64,000 bases of DNA from Candidatus Neptunichlamydia sp. (GTDB lineage: Bacteria > Chlamydiota > Chlamydiia > Chlamydiales > Simkaniaceae): the NCBI GenBank assembly GCA_965233865.1, contig OZ247587.1, positions 1,766,389 to 1,830,388 on the forward strand. Reading direction: 5' to 3'. The translations under genes were made by a program, and so were the position numbers. The notes under the pieces were generated by a model. That model had not been told where the DNA came from. It did no database searches and saw nothing but the letters and a program-made list of their open reading frames with translations. Below, in pieces: positions 10,307 through 20,801 of this stretch (positions are counted from its first letter, which is position 1; each line of letters opens with the position of its first letter).

Positions 10307-10454
10307 ATTATGGGCAACACTTTACTATTTATACGATTATTTTGGTAGAGGCACTTGCAAAACTCCTGATTAGTCGATTTTTGTGGAGTTTTGCTAGGAG
10401 CTCGTTTAGATTGGTGGTTGTTTTTTTTGTTTGAATTTTGAAGAATAGGCGTCT

Positions 10455-11405
10455 ATGGAACATAAAAAATTAGTTATTATCGGATCGGGTCCTGCAGGCT
10501 TTACGGCAGCTATCTATGCAGCCCGTGCCAATTTGTCCCCTTTAATGTATGAAGGTTTTTTTAGTGGCCCCTCTGGAGGTCAGCTCATGACAACCACTGA
10601 TGTGGAGAATTTTCCCGGATTTCCTGATGGAATTACAGGCCCTGCATTGATGGATGCAATGAGAAGCCAAGCCAAGCGTTTTGGGACTCAAATTTTAACT
10701 GAGGATGTTGCTGAAGTAGACCTTTCTGAGCTCCCCTTCAAGGTCAAAGGAGGAAAAACGACGGTTCTTGCTGATTCAATTATTGTTGCGACTGGAGCTA
10801 CGGCAAAACGGCTTGATGTTCCTGGAACTTTGGATGAGGAGTTTTGGCAGAAGGGAGTCACTGCTTGCGCCGTTTGTGATGGGGCTATGCCGATTTTTCG
10901 AGACAAAAATCTTTATGTTGTTGGTGGCGGTGATACTGCTGTTGAAGAGGCGATTTTCCTCACAAAATATGCAAGTAGAGTCTATATTCTCCACCGAAGA
11001 GATGCACTTCGTGCTTCAAAAATTATGGCACAGCATGCAATGGACCACCCTAAGATTGAAATTCTCTGGAATACCGTCCTAACAAATGTTGAGGGCAGTC
11101 ATGTTGTTGAAAAGGTCACTCTTCAAAATATCAAGACAAAAGAAGAGTCAAAACGAGATGCTGCAGGGGTTTTCTTTGCGATTGGGCATAATCCTAACAC
11201 TGCCTTTTTAAAAGGGCAGTTGAAGACTGATAAACACGGGTATCTTCTTGTTCAGTCAGATTCAACAGCAACTGATATTGAGGGTGTCTTTGCAGCTGGA
11301 GATGTTCAGGATAAAATCTATCGCCAGGCCATTTCTGCTGCTGGATCAGGGTGTATGGCATCGCTTGATGCTGAGCGATGGTTAACAGCAAATGGGTTGT
11401 CATGA
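10455..11405 (+). CDS. trxB: Thioredoxin reductase
   Basis: GSGPAG, CAVCDG redox motif, [16 protein letters not shown]. Confidence 0.97.
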   Translation: MEHKKLVIIGSGPAGFTAAIYAARANLSPLMYEGFFSGPSGGQLMTTTDVENFPGFPDGITGPALMDAMRSQAKRFGTQILTEDVAEVDLSELPFKVKGGKTTVLADSIIVATGATAKRLDVPGTLDEEFWQKGVTACAVCDGAMPIFRDKNLYVVGGGDTAVEEAIFLTKYASRVYILHRRDALRASKIMAQHAMDHPKIEILWNTVLTNVEGSHVVEKVTLQNIKTKEESKRDAAGVFFAIGHNPNTAFLKGQLKTDKHGYLLVQSDSTATDIEGVFAAGDVQDKIYRQAISAAGSGCMASLDAERWLTANGLS

Positions 11406-12208
11406 AGAAACTTCTTCTTTCCCTTCTTCCTTTTTCGCTTTTTGCTTTCGTTATCGATCCCTATCTAACTCCTATTGCAGAATTTGAATTTCGCCCCGCC
11501 TATTCCTACCGGTATTACCCATCTGTTAACTATCGGGAGAATCCCTTAAGTTATCATTCTCATGATCATTTAATTAATTTAAACCTTGGAGTGAATTTTT
11601 GGCCCAACTGGGATATTCAGTTCCAAGCAGATTTTTCCCATACTCACAAACTTAATTGGGGAGGGCAGAGAGTGGGAATGCAGCTCCGCTACCTTGTATG
11701 GGATGATGTGGCGGGGGATCCAATTAGTTTTAGCGTAGGAGGTCAAGTCTTTTATGTTCCTACTCGCAATATGCGCGATGTAAGCTCACCCTACCACTCG
11801 CAAGGGAACTTTGAATTAGGGGTTGCTGTTGGCAAGGAAATCGATAGTACCTATCAATGGCTATGGCGCTTTTGGGGTTTTGTTGGGACTGGCATTGCCA
11901 ATAGGGGATACCCATGGCTTCGTCCTATCCTTGCTGCGGAAGGAAAGTTCCAACTCCGCCATACGCTCAAACTTAGCGCCGAGGGGTATTTTGGGTTTGG
12001 AGATCGCTCTCGCGTTAATATTGACGATTTCAATGGATACGCTAAAGTGCAGCACCGATCGGTCGATCTTGGGCTTAATTACACCTATCTTTTTGAAATT
12101 TGGGGTGCGCTCGGAGTGCAATACTCCTTTCGAGTTTATGCCCACTCTTTCCCTCAGCATACCAGCATTTTCACGGCTGAGTATCGCTTTCCATTCTCAT
12201 TATTTTAA
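11402..12208 (+). CDS. Hypothetical exported protein, probable outer-membrane beta-barrel
   Basis: Signal peptide [15 protein letters not shown]; aromatic-rich alternating strands; C-terminal ...[13 protein letters not shown] overlap with trxB. Confidence 0.65.
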   Translation: MKKLLLSLLPFSLFAFVIDPYLTPIAEFEFRPAYSYRYYPSVNYRENPLSYHSHDHLINLNLGVNFWPNWDIQFQADFSHTHKLNWGGQRVGMQLRYLVWDDVAGDPISFSVGGQVFYVPTRNMRDVSSPYHSQGNFELGVAVGKEIDSTYQWLWRFWGFVGTGIANRGYPWLRPILAAEGKFQLRHTLKLSAEGYFGFGDRSRVNIDDFNGYAKVQHRSVDLGLNYTYLFEIWGALGVQYSFRVYAHSFPQHTSIFTAEYRFPFSLF

Positions 12209-12230
12209 CGCGAATTGTTGCGCGGATTAA

Positions 12231-12596
12231 GAGAATAAAGATGTCACCTTAAGCAAGTCTGATCGAATATACATTTTGAGTCAGCATTTGAAAACTATTT
12301 CTCATATATCTAGCTCGGAATATCAAAAGAGAGTGTGGATTTTAAGAAAGAAACTTGAGTGTCAAGCATTTGATGACTTAGTTTGTGATTTTTTTGATGA
12401 AGCAGATGAGATTCTGGAAAAGCACAAAGATTTTGGAATAACAGAATACCAACATGGTGTATTAAAAAAGCTTATTCGCATCTTTTTTCACTTGCAATCA
12501 AGCTCAATTAATTTATCCATAAGGCAACAGCATTTGCGTACTTTTTGCAATGGCTTATTGAAACAAGAATTTGAGGGAAATGGAACCTTTCATTGA
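12231..12596 (+). pseudogene. Probable degenerate small hypothetical gene
   Basis: Protein-like open frame (TLSKSDRIYILSQHLKTISHISSSEYQKRVW...DFFDEADEILEKHKDFGITEYQ) with no good start codon; 3' end runs antisense into acpS. Confidence 0.35.
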
Positions 12597-12876
12597 TGCT
12601 ATCTGAAAACTCGACGACTGGTTTTCCAAGTTCATCGTTGGTGATTTCAATATCATGAAAGGAAATCGATTTGCCAAAACCAATGCCGAGAGCTTTGACA
12701 ATCGCTTCTTTTGCAGAGAACCTTCCTGCAAGATGGGTTGCAGAGTCTTTATGCCCTAGGCAATATTCCAACTCTGTCTCCGTAAAGACTTTTTGGTAGA
12801 AATGGGTTCCGTGTTTTTCGATCGTTTGACTGATTCGATCGATCTCAAGGATATCATTACCGACACCTTTGATCAC
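12508..12876 (-). CDS. acpS: Holo-ACP synthase
   Basis: GVGNDILEI, LAGRFSAKEAIVKALG, VSISH motifs. Confidence 0.95.
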   Translation of the reverse strand: MIKGVGNDILEIDRISQTIEKHGTHFYQKVFTETELEYCLGHKDSATHLAGRFSAKEAIVKALGIGFGKSISFHDIEITNDELGKPVVEFSDSINERFHFPQILVSISHCKKYANAVALWIN

Positions 12877-13982
12877 TCTTTCTCTTCATCCTCATTATCT
12901 TTGTAATATTCGTCCTGCTTAGAGCAGACATCATCGTTTTGCTCTTCAAGACCTTCTTCAAAAGCGTTACAGAAGATCATTCTACCTGAAGAGGTGTGTT
13001 TTACGGAAAGAACTTGTGCATCAATAACGTCACCGATGAAGTTTCCACCACCATTGATCACAACCATGGTTCCATCATCTAGGTATCCGACCCCTTGGCG
13101 CGGTTCTTTTCCGTAGCGCTGCACCTTAATTTTGATCATCTCTCCTGTTTCCATGAGAGGTTTGAGGGCATTGGATAAAGAGTGGAGGTTAATGATTTGA
13201 ACCCCTTCAATCGAGGCCATTTGGACGCGGCTAATATCAGCAGTTAGAATGTTCCCGTCGATTAAACGTGCGAGTCGGATGAACTTACTTGTTGCATCTT
13301 TCACTTCAGGGAAGTCAGTATCGTTAAAACGAAGTCCTAGATGGCCAAGGTGTTCCATCTTTTTGATGACCTCAAGACAGCGACGAGCTTTTGACTTTGT
13401 TATATCATCCCCTGTTTCTGTCTGGGCATAGAGTTCTTTAATGATGAAACGGGGAATAACGAGGTGCTGATCTACAATTCCCGTTGAGCAAAGATCGATG
13501 ATGCGAGCATCAGAGAGAACGGAGGAGTCGATTAACAGGTCCCGTTTTTTCTGAGCTGTAGGTGCAAATTTCACGAAGGGGATACTAATATAGAGTTCAT
13601 CAGATGCTCGTAGCGTCATAATTGATCCTAGATAAGTACCGAATAGGAATAGTGCAATCTTAATAATTTCAAGAGCTTGCGGGGTTAAGACAAGGGAGAT
13701 TGAGCTAAGATCTAAAATGGCATCAAAGATCAAGACAAGAGCTTGTCCCATCAGATAACCGATGAAAAGCCCTATGACTGCGATGTTAAAGGAGCGGAGA
13801 TTAAACTTTCGGAACAGGGAATCGAAACCAATAAGCAGTAGGCTAAACACAAAACCGATCAAAATACCGATTAAGGCATTCGTTGCGAGAAGTCCTTCTG
13901 GCCGTGATATCATGTAAGTTGTCATGAAAAAGATTGAAATAATCGTGAAAAAAATTCGGACAAAAGCTAGAGAAATATTCAT
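12873..13982 (-). CDS. Membrane PIN/TRAM-domain protein (YacL-like)
   Basis: N-terminal transmembrane helices, PIN-like IDSSVLSDARI, TRAM-like GKEPRQGVGYLDDGTMVV...TSSGRMIF. Confidence 0.88.
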   Translation of the reverse strand: MNISLAFVRIFFTIISIFFMTTYMISRPEGLLATNALIGILIGFVFSLLLIGFDSLFRKFNLRSFNIAVIGLFIGYLMGQALVLIFDAILDLSSISLVLTPQALEIIKIALFLFGTYLGSIMTLRASDELYISIPFVKFAPTAQKKRDLLIDSSVLSDARIIDLCSTGIVDQHLVIPRFIIKELYAQTETGDDITKSKARRCLEVIKKMEHLGHLGLRFNDTDFPEVKDATSKFIRLARLIDGNILTADISRVQMASIEGVQIINLHSLSNALKPLMETGEMIKIKVQRYGKEPRQGVGYLDDGTMVVINGGGNFIGDVIDAQVLSVKHTSSGRMIFCNAFEEGLEEQNDDVCSKQDEYYKDNEDEEKE

Positions 13983-14094
13983 CTTAAAAAGCTCCGTTGC
14001 GCTATTACTATACCCCGAAACAATCAGGTGTTTGATAATATTTATAGATTTATCTATTCTTACACTAACCAACCACTTTTTTAAAAGGATTTTT

Positions 14095-14589
14095 ATGAAA
14101 CTCAGCTACCGCAGCGCTATTATTTTCTCTGGACTTCTCTGGCTTGCAATTGGGATTCTTCTTCTTTCAAAGGGGCTCAGTTACCTAGTTGTAGCAGGAA
14201 GTGCTCACCTAAAAGGAACACTTCAAGGCTTTTCTCTCTTAACGCAGATCGATCGCTTTGTTAAAAACCCTGAAAAATCTGCTATGGTGCTGGTTTCCGT
14301 TGGACTGGTCCTCGGATTTTTCAAAGGACGTATGGTTATGAAAAAAGCAGTAAATCGGGTTATTAAGCGTATCCATTCCTTTCCCTCTCCCATTCCAGTC
14401 ACGGCGATCTACTCTAAGAGATATCTGTGCCTTATTGGAGGAATGACTCTTATGGGAATTTCTCTTAAATTCCTTCCGATTCCTATCGATGTTAAAGGGT
14501 TTGTGGATTTTACGGTTGGGACGGCCCTTATCAACGGCGCAATGCTCTATTTTCGAGCTACTTTTGAGCCTATCGATAAGGTCGCTTGA
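14095..14589 (+). CDS. Hypothetical membrane protein
   Basis: About four hydrophobic segments; ATG at 14095 avoids overlap with the divergent gene. Confidence 0.75.
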   Translation: MKLSYRSAIIFSGLLWLAIGILLLSKGLSYLVVAGSAHLKGTLQGFSLLTQIDRFVKNPEKSAMVLVSVGLVLGFFKGRMVMKKAVNRVIKRIHSFPSPIPVTAIYSKRYLCLIGGMTLMGISLKFLPIPIDVKGFVDFTVGTALINGAMLYFRATFEPIDKVA

Positions 14590-14994
14590 CTATTTATGGT
14601 AGTGGGTTCCTTTATGGATTTGAACAGCTCTGTAAATCTGCTCCATAAGAAGAAGGCGGATATGCTGATGAGTGAATGTCATCTTTGAAAAGCTGATAAA
14701 GTGGGAAGCATTCTTTAAAATATTTGATGGAAGGCCATCAGGGCCACCAATAACAAAGGTAAGGCGTGATCCTTGTTTTTCAAATTCTCGATAGAGAAAA
14801 TCTGAAAAGTCCGGTGAAGTTTGCTGTATTCCATTTGGATCTAAACAGATATAGGATCCTTTGCCGTGGAAGTTCTGGTGATCCCACTCAATTGCAGTTG
14901 AACCTGTAAGCCTTTTTTCATACTCAGCAAGAGCCTCTTGCAGCCAAGGTTCTTTCGTTTTTCCAGGTGAAAATATTTTAATTTTTAATCCCAA
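14590..14994 (-). CDS. rlmH: 23S rRNA pseudouridine-1915 N3-methyltransferase
   Basis: SPOUT motifs FVIGGPDG, SKMTFTH, EQIYRA, C-terminal HYHK. Confidence 0.93.
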   Translation of the reverse strand: MGLKIKIFSPGKTKEPWLQEALAEYEKRLTGSTAIEWDHQNFHGKGSYICLDPNGIQQTSPDFSDFLYREFEKQGSRLTFVIGGPDGLPSNILKNASHFISFSKMTFTHQHIRLLLMEQIYRAVQIHKGTHYHK

Positions 14995-15050
14995 ATGACT
15001 TTTATCCGTTTAAGGGGTATGATTATGCACCAAATACCATAGGAGGTTCA

Positions 15051-15920
15051 ATGCAAAATTGGTTTTATTGGGATCCAAATCCCACCCCGTTTGTTATCCC
15101 AGTGATTGATCATCCGATTGCTTGGTATGGGATTCTGTTTGCCTTAGGTTTTTTTATAGGGTTTTACCTTTTACGCAGCCTATTTAAACAATATCTCCGC
15201 ACTTGCACTGATTGGTCAGAGGAAGAGTTAAGGAAAAAATCCTTAGCTTTTTCTGAAAAGCTGACAATCTATGTCGTTATTGCGACAGTAGTGGGGGCAA
15301 GGCTTGGTCACATTCTGTTCTACGAGAAGTGGAGTGACTATTTCCTCCATCCGATGGAAATCGTAAAGACATGGGAAGGGGGCCTTGCTAGTCATGGGGG
15401 GGTTATTGGGATTCTTCTTGGAATTGTCTTCTTTTTCTTCAGAATTCGAAAAAACTTTCCTTTTCTTTCAATCACCCGAATTATTGATATGCTTGTTGTG
15501 CCTGCTCTACTTGTGGGGACTTTTATTCGACTCGGAAACTTTATTAATCAAGAGGTTTTAGGGACTGTAACAAACGTTCCTTGGGCAGTTGTTTTTGGTC
15601 ATCCCATTAATGGGATCATTCCGGCTCCCCGCCATCCAGCTCAGCTCTATGAGGCGGCATTTTACTTCCTTTCCTTTTTAGAATTCTGGCGGTTTTTCTC
15701 TCGACTTCTTTATCCAGCAGGGCGACTTTCTGGGATCTTTTTTGTGGTGACGTTTGGATTTCGATTTCTCGTAGAATTTATTAAAGAGGAGCAGAGTCTT
15801 TTACTTGGAAATGATTGGCTTACCATGGGGCAAATCTTGTCCATTCCCATGGTTATATATGGATTTATTCTGCTCTTTCGAAAGGTACCAATGGAATCAA
15901 CTGATTCGAGAGCTTGTTAA
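15051..15920 (+). CDS. lgt: Prolipoprotein diacylglyceryl transferase
   Basis: WYG, GARLGH, WEGGLASHGG, RLGNFINQE, RHPAQLYE motifs. Confidence 0.96.
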   Translation: MQNWFYWDPNPTPFVIPVIDHPIAWYGILFALGFFIGFYLLRSLFKQYLRTCTDWSEEELRKKSLAFSEKLTIYVVIATVVGARLGHILFYEKWSDYFLHPMEIVKTWEGGLASHGGVIGILLGIVFFFFRIRKNFPFLSITRIIDMLVVPALLVGTFIRLGNFINQEVLGTVTNVPWAVVFGHPINGIIPAPRHPAQLYEAAFYFLSFLEFWRFFSRLLYPAGRLSGIFFVVTFGFRFLVEFIKEEQSLLLGNDWLTMGQILSIPMVIYGFILLFRKVPMESTDSRAC

Positions 15921-17679
15921 GGGCGCTACTTAGCTTCTCTTTTGACCACTCAGGATGGTGACGCTTAAGTAGGGCTTTGTGCCAGAGAAGAAATCTTTCG
16001 TAAGTTGAAGCGTGTCCATCGGTCAGGACATGATACCAGTGATACTTATAAAGAATCCAAAGACGTCCTTTAAGTTCCTCTTCAAAAGAAGAAAGGAGTG
16101 GATAAAGCTTCAAAGCATCTTCTATCACATCTTGAATGAACCATTCATGATCAACAGTAAATTCGTCGAAATGAAGGATTTTCCATTTCTTTTCAATAAG
16201 GGCTAATAAAGGGGTGCTTGGATCAAAATGGATTGTTCGAATCAGCATATCATTTTGAGCCACCCAAGTATCGACTTTTTCTAGGGCCTTAGCCTCATCA
16301 AAGGGAGTTGCAATGACCTTTTTAAAAAACTGTAAGGTACTACTAATAATCATTTTGAAGGATTGTTTTGGGTTGTCGATGAGCACATTTCCGAGCTCCT
16401 GCTCAAGAATAGGAAGCGCATCAGCTGATGTATAGGATAAAAGATTGCCCTCTTTCTCAATTGTTTTCCAAATTAGGAGTTCAAACTGCTCAATCTGGGA
16501 TGATGACAATGAAGGAAGCGATATCCCCCTAGAATACGCCTTGACAATAGCGTCTTCTATTGAAGGATCTAGATTTTTTTCTTCATCCATCAAATGCAGT
16601 TCTGCATTGATAAATACGAAAAGGGCTTGGTCCATATTTGGAGATACAGGCTTTGTCTTATCTTGTACGCACTCTTTCACGTGGCGAATAGAAGCGCGCA
16701 AGGATTCTTCAGTTATATTTTTTGGAAGTGCTTCAGCTATCGTGTAAAGGGCAAGAATCCGTTGAATGAGCTCGAGGCGGTGCTTATCACTTGTTAGAAG
16801 AAAATTACATTGCCCCATCTCAATTTGCTGGCGGATAAAGGATTCTATTGTCTTCTGTTCCTTGAGCGAAAAATTGCAAGCAATAAGAGAGCTATATTGC
16901 AGCTTTTCGGCAAGAATCATAGAAAGAGTAGAGGTAAGCTGTTTTTCCTTCGCTAGGGTCTTAATCTCAAAATAGGATCTGAGTTTTTTGAGAATTTTAC
17001 GTTTGAGCATGTAGGAATCAAGATTCCCCCCTTTTGCCGTGATTTCGAGCTGCGTTTTAACAATGAGTTTATCAATCTTGTCGTACTCATCATAAGGACT
17101 TTTAGTTTGAAGAGGGCTCAAACCTCTGAGAAGATGCTTTTGAACAGACCAAATGACCTTTGTAAGCTGGTCAATTTCTGGGTGTTTGCCTTCAAGAGTG
17201 GCAATACATTCTGAGAGCTTTGTCGCGATTTGTTTTGCAATCGTATAAGAGGGAAGATGATCAGTTGGAAAGCTTTTCTTCAGATTCTCTCGAATCATAT
17301 ATTTTAGGTTAAGCTTTCCGTTATCTTTTAAAGCCCCTTCCTGTCCTTGGATCTTCTCGTAGTAATAGCCAACTTTTCCCCAAACTTTTTTAAGAGCAGA
17401 GGCTCCAAGTCGATATCTTGGGAACTTTTTCTTAAATTCAGGAAGAATTTTTGCTAAAAGATTGGCTTCAATTTTTCCAGACCATTTTGAAAGAGAACCT
17501 GACTCATCAATTTCACCCTTAATTTTTTTAGAGAGAAATAGACTAAGATCTGAAAAAGGATCGTAGAAGTCGTCGGCTTCATCAATAGGGTGAAGCAATG
17601 AAGGATTTTCACTACCTCCTTCTAGAGGCGAAGAGTCTGCTTGATTCAATTCATCATTGGGGAAAGAGAAGCCTGACAT
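15865..17679 (-). CDS. Hypothetical protein (about 604 aa, helical)
   Basis: Long ORF; likely start ATG 17679; no recognised motif. Confidence 0.75.
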   Translation of the reverse strand: MSGFSFPNDELNQADSSPLEGGSENPSLLHPIDEADDFYDPFSDLSLFLSKKIKGEIDESGSLSKWSGKIEANLLAKILPEFKKKFPRYRLGASALKKVWGKVGYYYEKIQGQEGALKDNGKLNLKYMIRENLKKSFPTDHLPSYTIAKQIATKLSECIATLEGKHPEIDQLTKVIWSVQKHLLRGLSPLQTKSPYDEYDKIDKLIVKTQLEITAKGGNLDSYMLKRKILKKLRSYFEIKTLAKEKQLTSTLSMILAEKLQYSSLIACNFSLKEQKTIESFIRQQIEMGQCNFLLTSDKHRLELIQRILALYTIAEALPKNITEESLRASIRHVKECVQDKTKPVSPNMDQALFVFINAELHLMDEEKNLDPSIEDAIVKAYSRGISLPSLSSSQIEQFELLIWKTIEKEGNLLSYTSADALPILEQELGNVLIDNPKQSFKMIISSTLQFFKKVIATPFDEAKALEKVDTWVAQNDMLIRTIHFDPSTPLLALIEKKWKILHFDEFTVDHEWFIQDVIEDALKLYPLLSSFEEELKGRLWILYKYHWYHVLTDGHASTYERFLLWHKALLKRHHPEWSKEKLSSALNKLSNQLIPLVPFERAE

Positions 17680-17762
17680 AATTATTTTCCATTTTAATAC
17701 TTGAATTCCTCTATGACACCTTAGAAACCTTTTTGTCCAAAAAAAAATTATATTTTTAGTAA

Positions 17763-18620
17763 GGTTCTGTTGCAAAAAATGTGTTCTCGATGAAAAACCG
17801 TTTAAAACTTATGCTTGGTCCTATCAAAAATAGAGCAGGAAGCAAAAGTGAATCATCAACATCCGTTTAAGTGGCGCCATTATTCAGCAGAAATCATATT
17901 ACTTTGCGTTCGATGGTATTTACGTTACAACCTCAGCTATAGGAATTTGAAAGAGATGATGAATGAGCGTGGATTGAGTATTGACCACACAACAATTTAT
18001 CGATGGGTACAAAAATATGGACCAGAAATCAGGAAGAAAATTAAGTCGTTTGTAGGGAAGCCTAATGATTCATGGCGTGTTGATGAAACCTATCTCAAAG
18101 TGAAAAGAAAGTGGATCTATCTCTATAGAGCAATCGATTCTAAAGGAAAAACAATCGATTTTTACTTAAGCGAAAAACGCGATGTAGTCGCCGCATTAAC
18201 ATTCTTTTGTCAAATCTCTAGCTTTGGGAAACCTAGGGTGATTAATGTCGATAAATATGCTTCCTATCCTCCAGCATTTAACACGATGAAAAAGAGTAAA
18301 GGGTTCCCTAAAAAAACGAAACTTCGTCAGATCAAGTACCTCAACAACGTTTTGGAACAAGACTACAGGCCCATTAAAAGACAGCACAGATGTGCCATGG
18401 GATATAAGAGTCTAGAGACCGCGAGAAACACCATTGCAGGCATTGAAGCCATGCACATGATTTTCAAAGGACAAATTGATGAGATCTCGGATGCAAACGC
18501 CCGATATGTAAAGATATTTATTGAAGATCTCTTTGAGGTCAGAGGCTTAGCTGCCTAGAAAGAGAAAATCCAATAAAGTGGAAGCTCCTATTCAGAGATG
18601 AAGGTTTTTGCAACAGAACC
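17763..18620 (+). mobile_element. IS6-family insertion sequence, copy 1 (858 bp)
   Basis: Terminal inverted repeats GGTTCTGTTGCAAAAA / TTTTTGCAACAGAACC enclosing an IS6 transposase. Confidence 0.95.
17848..18558 (+). CDS. IS6-family DDE transposase
   Basis: FKWRHY...VRWYLRYNLSYR, WRVDETYLKV, YLYRAIDS, KYLNNVLEQD. Confidence 0.93.
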   Translation: MNHQHPFKWRHYSAEIILLCVRWYLRYNLSYRNLKEMMNERGLSIDHTTIYRWVQKYGPEIRKKIKSFVGKPNDSWRVDETYLKVKRKWIYLYRAIDSKGKTIDFYLSEKRDVVAALTFFCQISSFGKPRVINVDKYASYPPAFNTMKKSKGFPKKTKLRQIKYLNNVLEQDYRPIKRQHRCAMGYKSLETARNTIAGIEAMHMIFKGQIDEISDANARYVKIFIEDLFEVRGLAA

Positions 18621-18706
18621 GTCTATATCATAACTGTCCTATTTTTCGGGGGAAGATCATTTTTAAAAAATGCTCGAATCAGAATCAGTTTTCTTTGCAC
18701 CAGAAG

Positions 18707-19183
18707 CTATTCGAATAGATTTTCTCTTTTTTGTAATAGTTTTGGCCAATTCTCGTACTTTTTACTCGTTTCTGGATCACTCCGGAGAAATTCAAATTCT
18801 CTTACAAAAGCTGCTGGATACATTCCAATATATGCACGAGCTAATAATACATGAGCAGATTGAAACATCTTTTTCATTACAGGATTCATTTGAGCATCTT
18901 TTGTTAACCGAATAGCAGATTGAAGTGATACGATTGATTTACTCCTAAATGAACAGTTAGTTGAAGCAGATCCGTGAACTTTCTCTGATTTTAAAGCTTT
19001 AGCTAAAAAATCACAGCCATCCATTAGAGCTCTGCATGATTCCTTTGCCTGATCCGAAAAATTTTCTGGAATTAAATCGCTTGGTTCAAATAGAGTAACC
19101 TGTTTTCCTCCCCAAGAAACACTTTTTTTGGCTTCTATGGGCTGATGTCTGTTTTCTGATAAACTTGGAATTGGATTTGTCAT
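18707..19183 (-). CDS. Hypothetical protein, possible secreted effector
   Basis: 158 aa ORF with RBS (GGAGGT) directly after the upstream gene; Ser/Pro-rich N-terminus. Confidence 0.6.
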   Translation of the reverse strand: MTNPIPSLSENRHQPIEAKKSVSWGGKQVTLFEPSDLIPENFSDQAKESCRALMDGCDFLAKALKSEKVHGSASTNCSFRSKSIVSLQSAIRLTKDAQMNPVMKKMFQSAHVLLARAYIGMYPAAFVREFEFLRSDPETSKKYENWPKLLQKRENLFE

Positions 19184-19192
19184 TCTTACCTC

Positions 19193-20626
19193 CTAAATTT
19201 CAACATGAAATACCATTCCCTCTCGAATACTATGAAGAGGAAGCATATCACCAGTTTGTCCTTCCTGCTTCTGCGTTACAACAATCAACTCCTGGGCATC
19301 AGGAATAACATCTGTAACACCTGGTGTTAGATAGCTAGGCTTATTAACCCCCATTTTTGCTCTTGATTCTGCCGCATTCAGATGATTTGAATGAGCAGCA
19401 CCTAAAATAATAAGCATTTTCCCTTTATTCTTATGCGAGTCGTATAACTTCACTATATTACTGTTTAAAGACTCTAATCTATCTGTTTGACCATAAGTGT
19501 TTTTATTTACTCCAGATGGTCGGTATATTTTCTTCGTATCAGCTGCTATTACATCAATCCCATTGGAACGGCATGCTCTTAAAAAATGCAGATAATTAAA
19601 TGCTTTCCCATAGCTTCCAAAGGCAACCTCAGTTAAATGTTTAACAAGATCAGAGCAATTTACTTCCAGTAATTTATCAGCATGCTCTGGATAAATGTGT
19701 TCAGCTAATACTATCTTTACTCCTAATTGAGCAAGTGAGCCAGGTAGTTTAGGGTCTATTATCATTGCGTCTAGTGCATATTCCTGATGGGATCCCTCTC
19801 CTAAAATAACGACCTCTGTTTTTTTGAACAAATTAGTCACTGCAGTAGTTGCTGCTGTCGCATTGCCTGAGACACCGTGCTTATTGTCTTTGGTTTTCGT
19901 TGCACTTTCATACTTTGTGCGGTAAGCTTCGGCTTCTTTTTCTAGTTGCTCGTTTGAGCTTTGTTCAGAACCTTCTGAAGAGCTTTTGCCTTGCTCAAAA
20001 CTTGACGATCTAGATCTATTGCTTTTAACTTCAGAGGTTTGTTTAAAGGTCAATAACAATTCATCAACACCTAAAATAACATCTAATGGTTTGTATATTT
20101 CAAAGTATTTCTTTGAGGAGTGGTTAATAATGGCTTTTAATAATGTAATCAGCGTTTTTGCATTAAAGGCTTCTCCAATTTCATAACAAGGAGAAGGGTT
20201 TTCTGAGAACTCTCTGAATAGAAGGATGTGATTAACAAGAGCTTTCTCCATACTAGAGAGCTTCTCTTCATCTTGAGGCGAAGATGGCATAGGGATTAAA
20301 GTAAGGATATGGTCTAACCCTTTTTGGAGAAGAATCTCACAATTAGCTTCTTTATCATCTGTAAGAGTAATTTCAGACCTAGAATCCATGCTTTTAATTT
20401 TGCTGCATAAATCTTGAAAACGCTGATCATACTGTGTTTTATGAACAAAGAAATCGTCTGAGCCAGTCAATGAAGGTACATTTGGTAGAGTTTGCGCACC
20501 AGTCAATACTTGATCTGCGACACCTTGAGCTCTTGACTCCAGATCAGCATCATCTACTATACGAGATTGGTCATCATCAAATTGAGGACCAGATTTCCCG
20601 CTTCCTGTGGGACTTATTCCAGACAT
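19193..20626 (-). CDS. Putative secreted effector with C-terminal RRSP/PMT-C2 (EreA/ChaN/TIKI-fold) domain
   Basis: Disordered N-terminus MSGISPTGSGKSGP; C-terminal motifs in order VVILGEGSH, LGVKIVLAEH, RSNGIDVIAAD, R-x4-N, GKMLIILGAAH, PGV. Confidence 0.65.
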   Translation of the reverse strand: MSGISPTGSGKSGPQFDDDQSRIVDDADLESRAQGVADQVLTGAQTLPNVPSLTGSDDFFVHKTQYDQRFQDLCSKIKSMDSRSEITLTDDKEANCEILLQKGLDHILTLIPMPSSPQDEEKLSSMEKALVNHILLFREFSENPSPCYEIGEAFNAKTLITLLKAIINHSSKKYFEIYKPLDVILGVDELLLTFKQTSEVKSNRSRSSSFEQGKSSSEGSEQSSNEQLEKEAEAYRTKYESATKTKDNKHGVSGNATAATTAVTNLFKKTEVVILGEGSHQEYALDAMIIDPKLPGSLAQLGVKIVLAEHIYPEHADKLLEVNCSDLVKHLTEVAFGSYGKAFNYLHFLRACRSNGIDVIAADTKKIYRPSGVNKNTYGQTDRLESLNSNIVKLYDSHKNKGKMLIILGAAHSNHLNAAESRAKMGVNKPSYLTPGVTDVIPDAQELIVVTQKQEGQTGDMLPLHSIREGMVFHVEI

Positions 20627-20801
20627 ACAGACTCCTTTTTCCTGAAGTTCGAATTATATCACAATCTAATTTTTTATGAACCATTGAAAAATAAAAAGGG
20701 TTCTCTTGCCAAAATAGAGTTTTTTAATTCTTTATCTCTTTAAAAATTAACAACATATCTATTTTTCTTTTAAAAAAATTTTATTTGATATAATTTTCTT
20801 A

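Noticed and set aside
17680..17775. N-terminal extension of the 636 aa ORF
   Set aside because: It starts inside the IS6 inverted repeat; ATG 17679 is the more plausible start.
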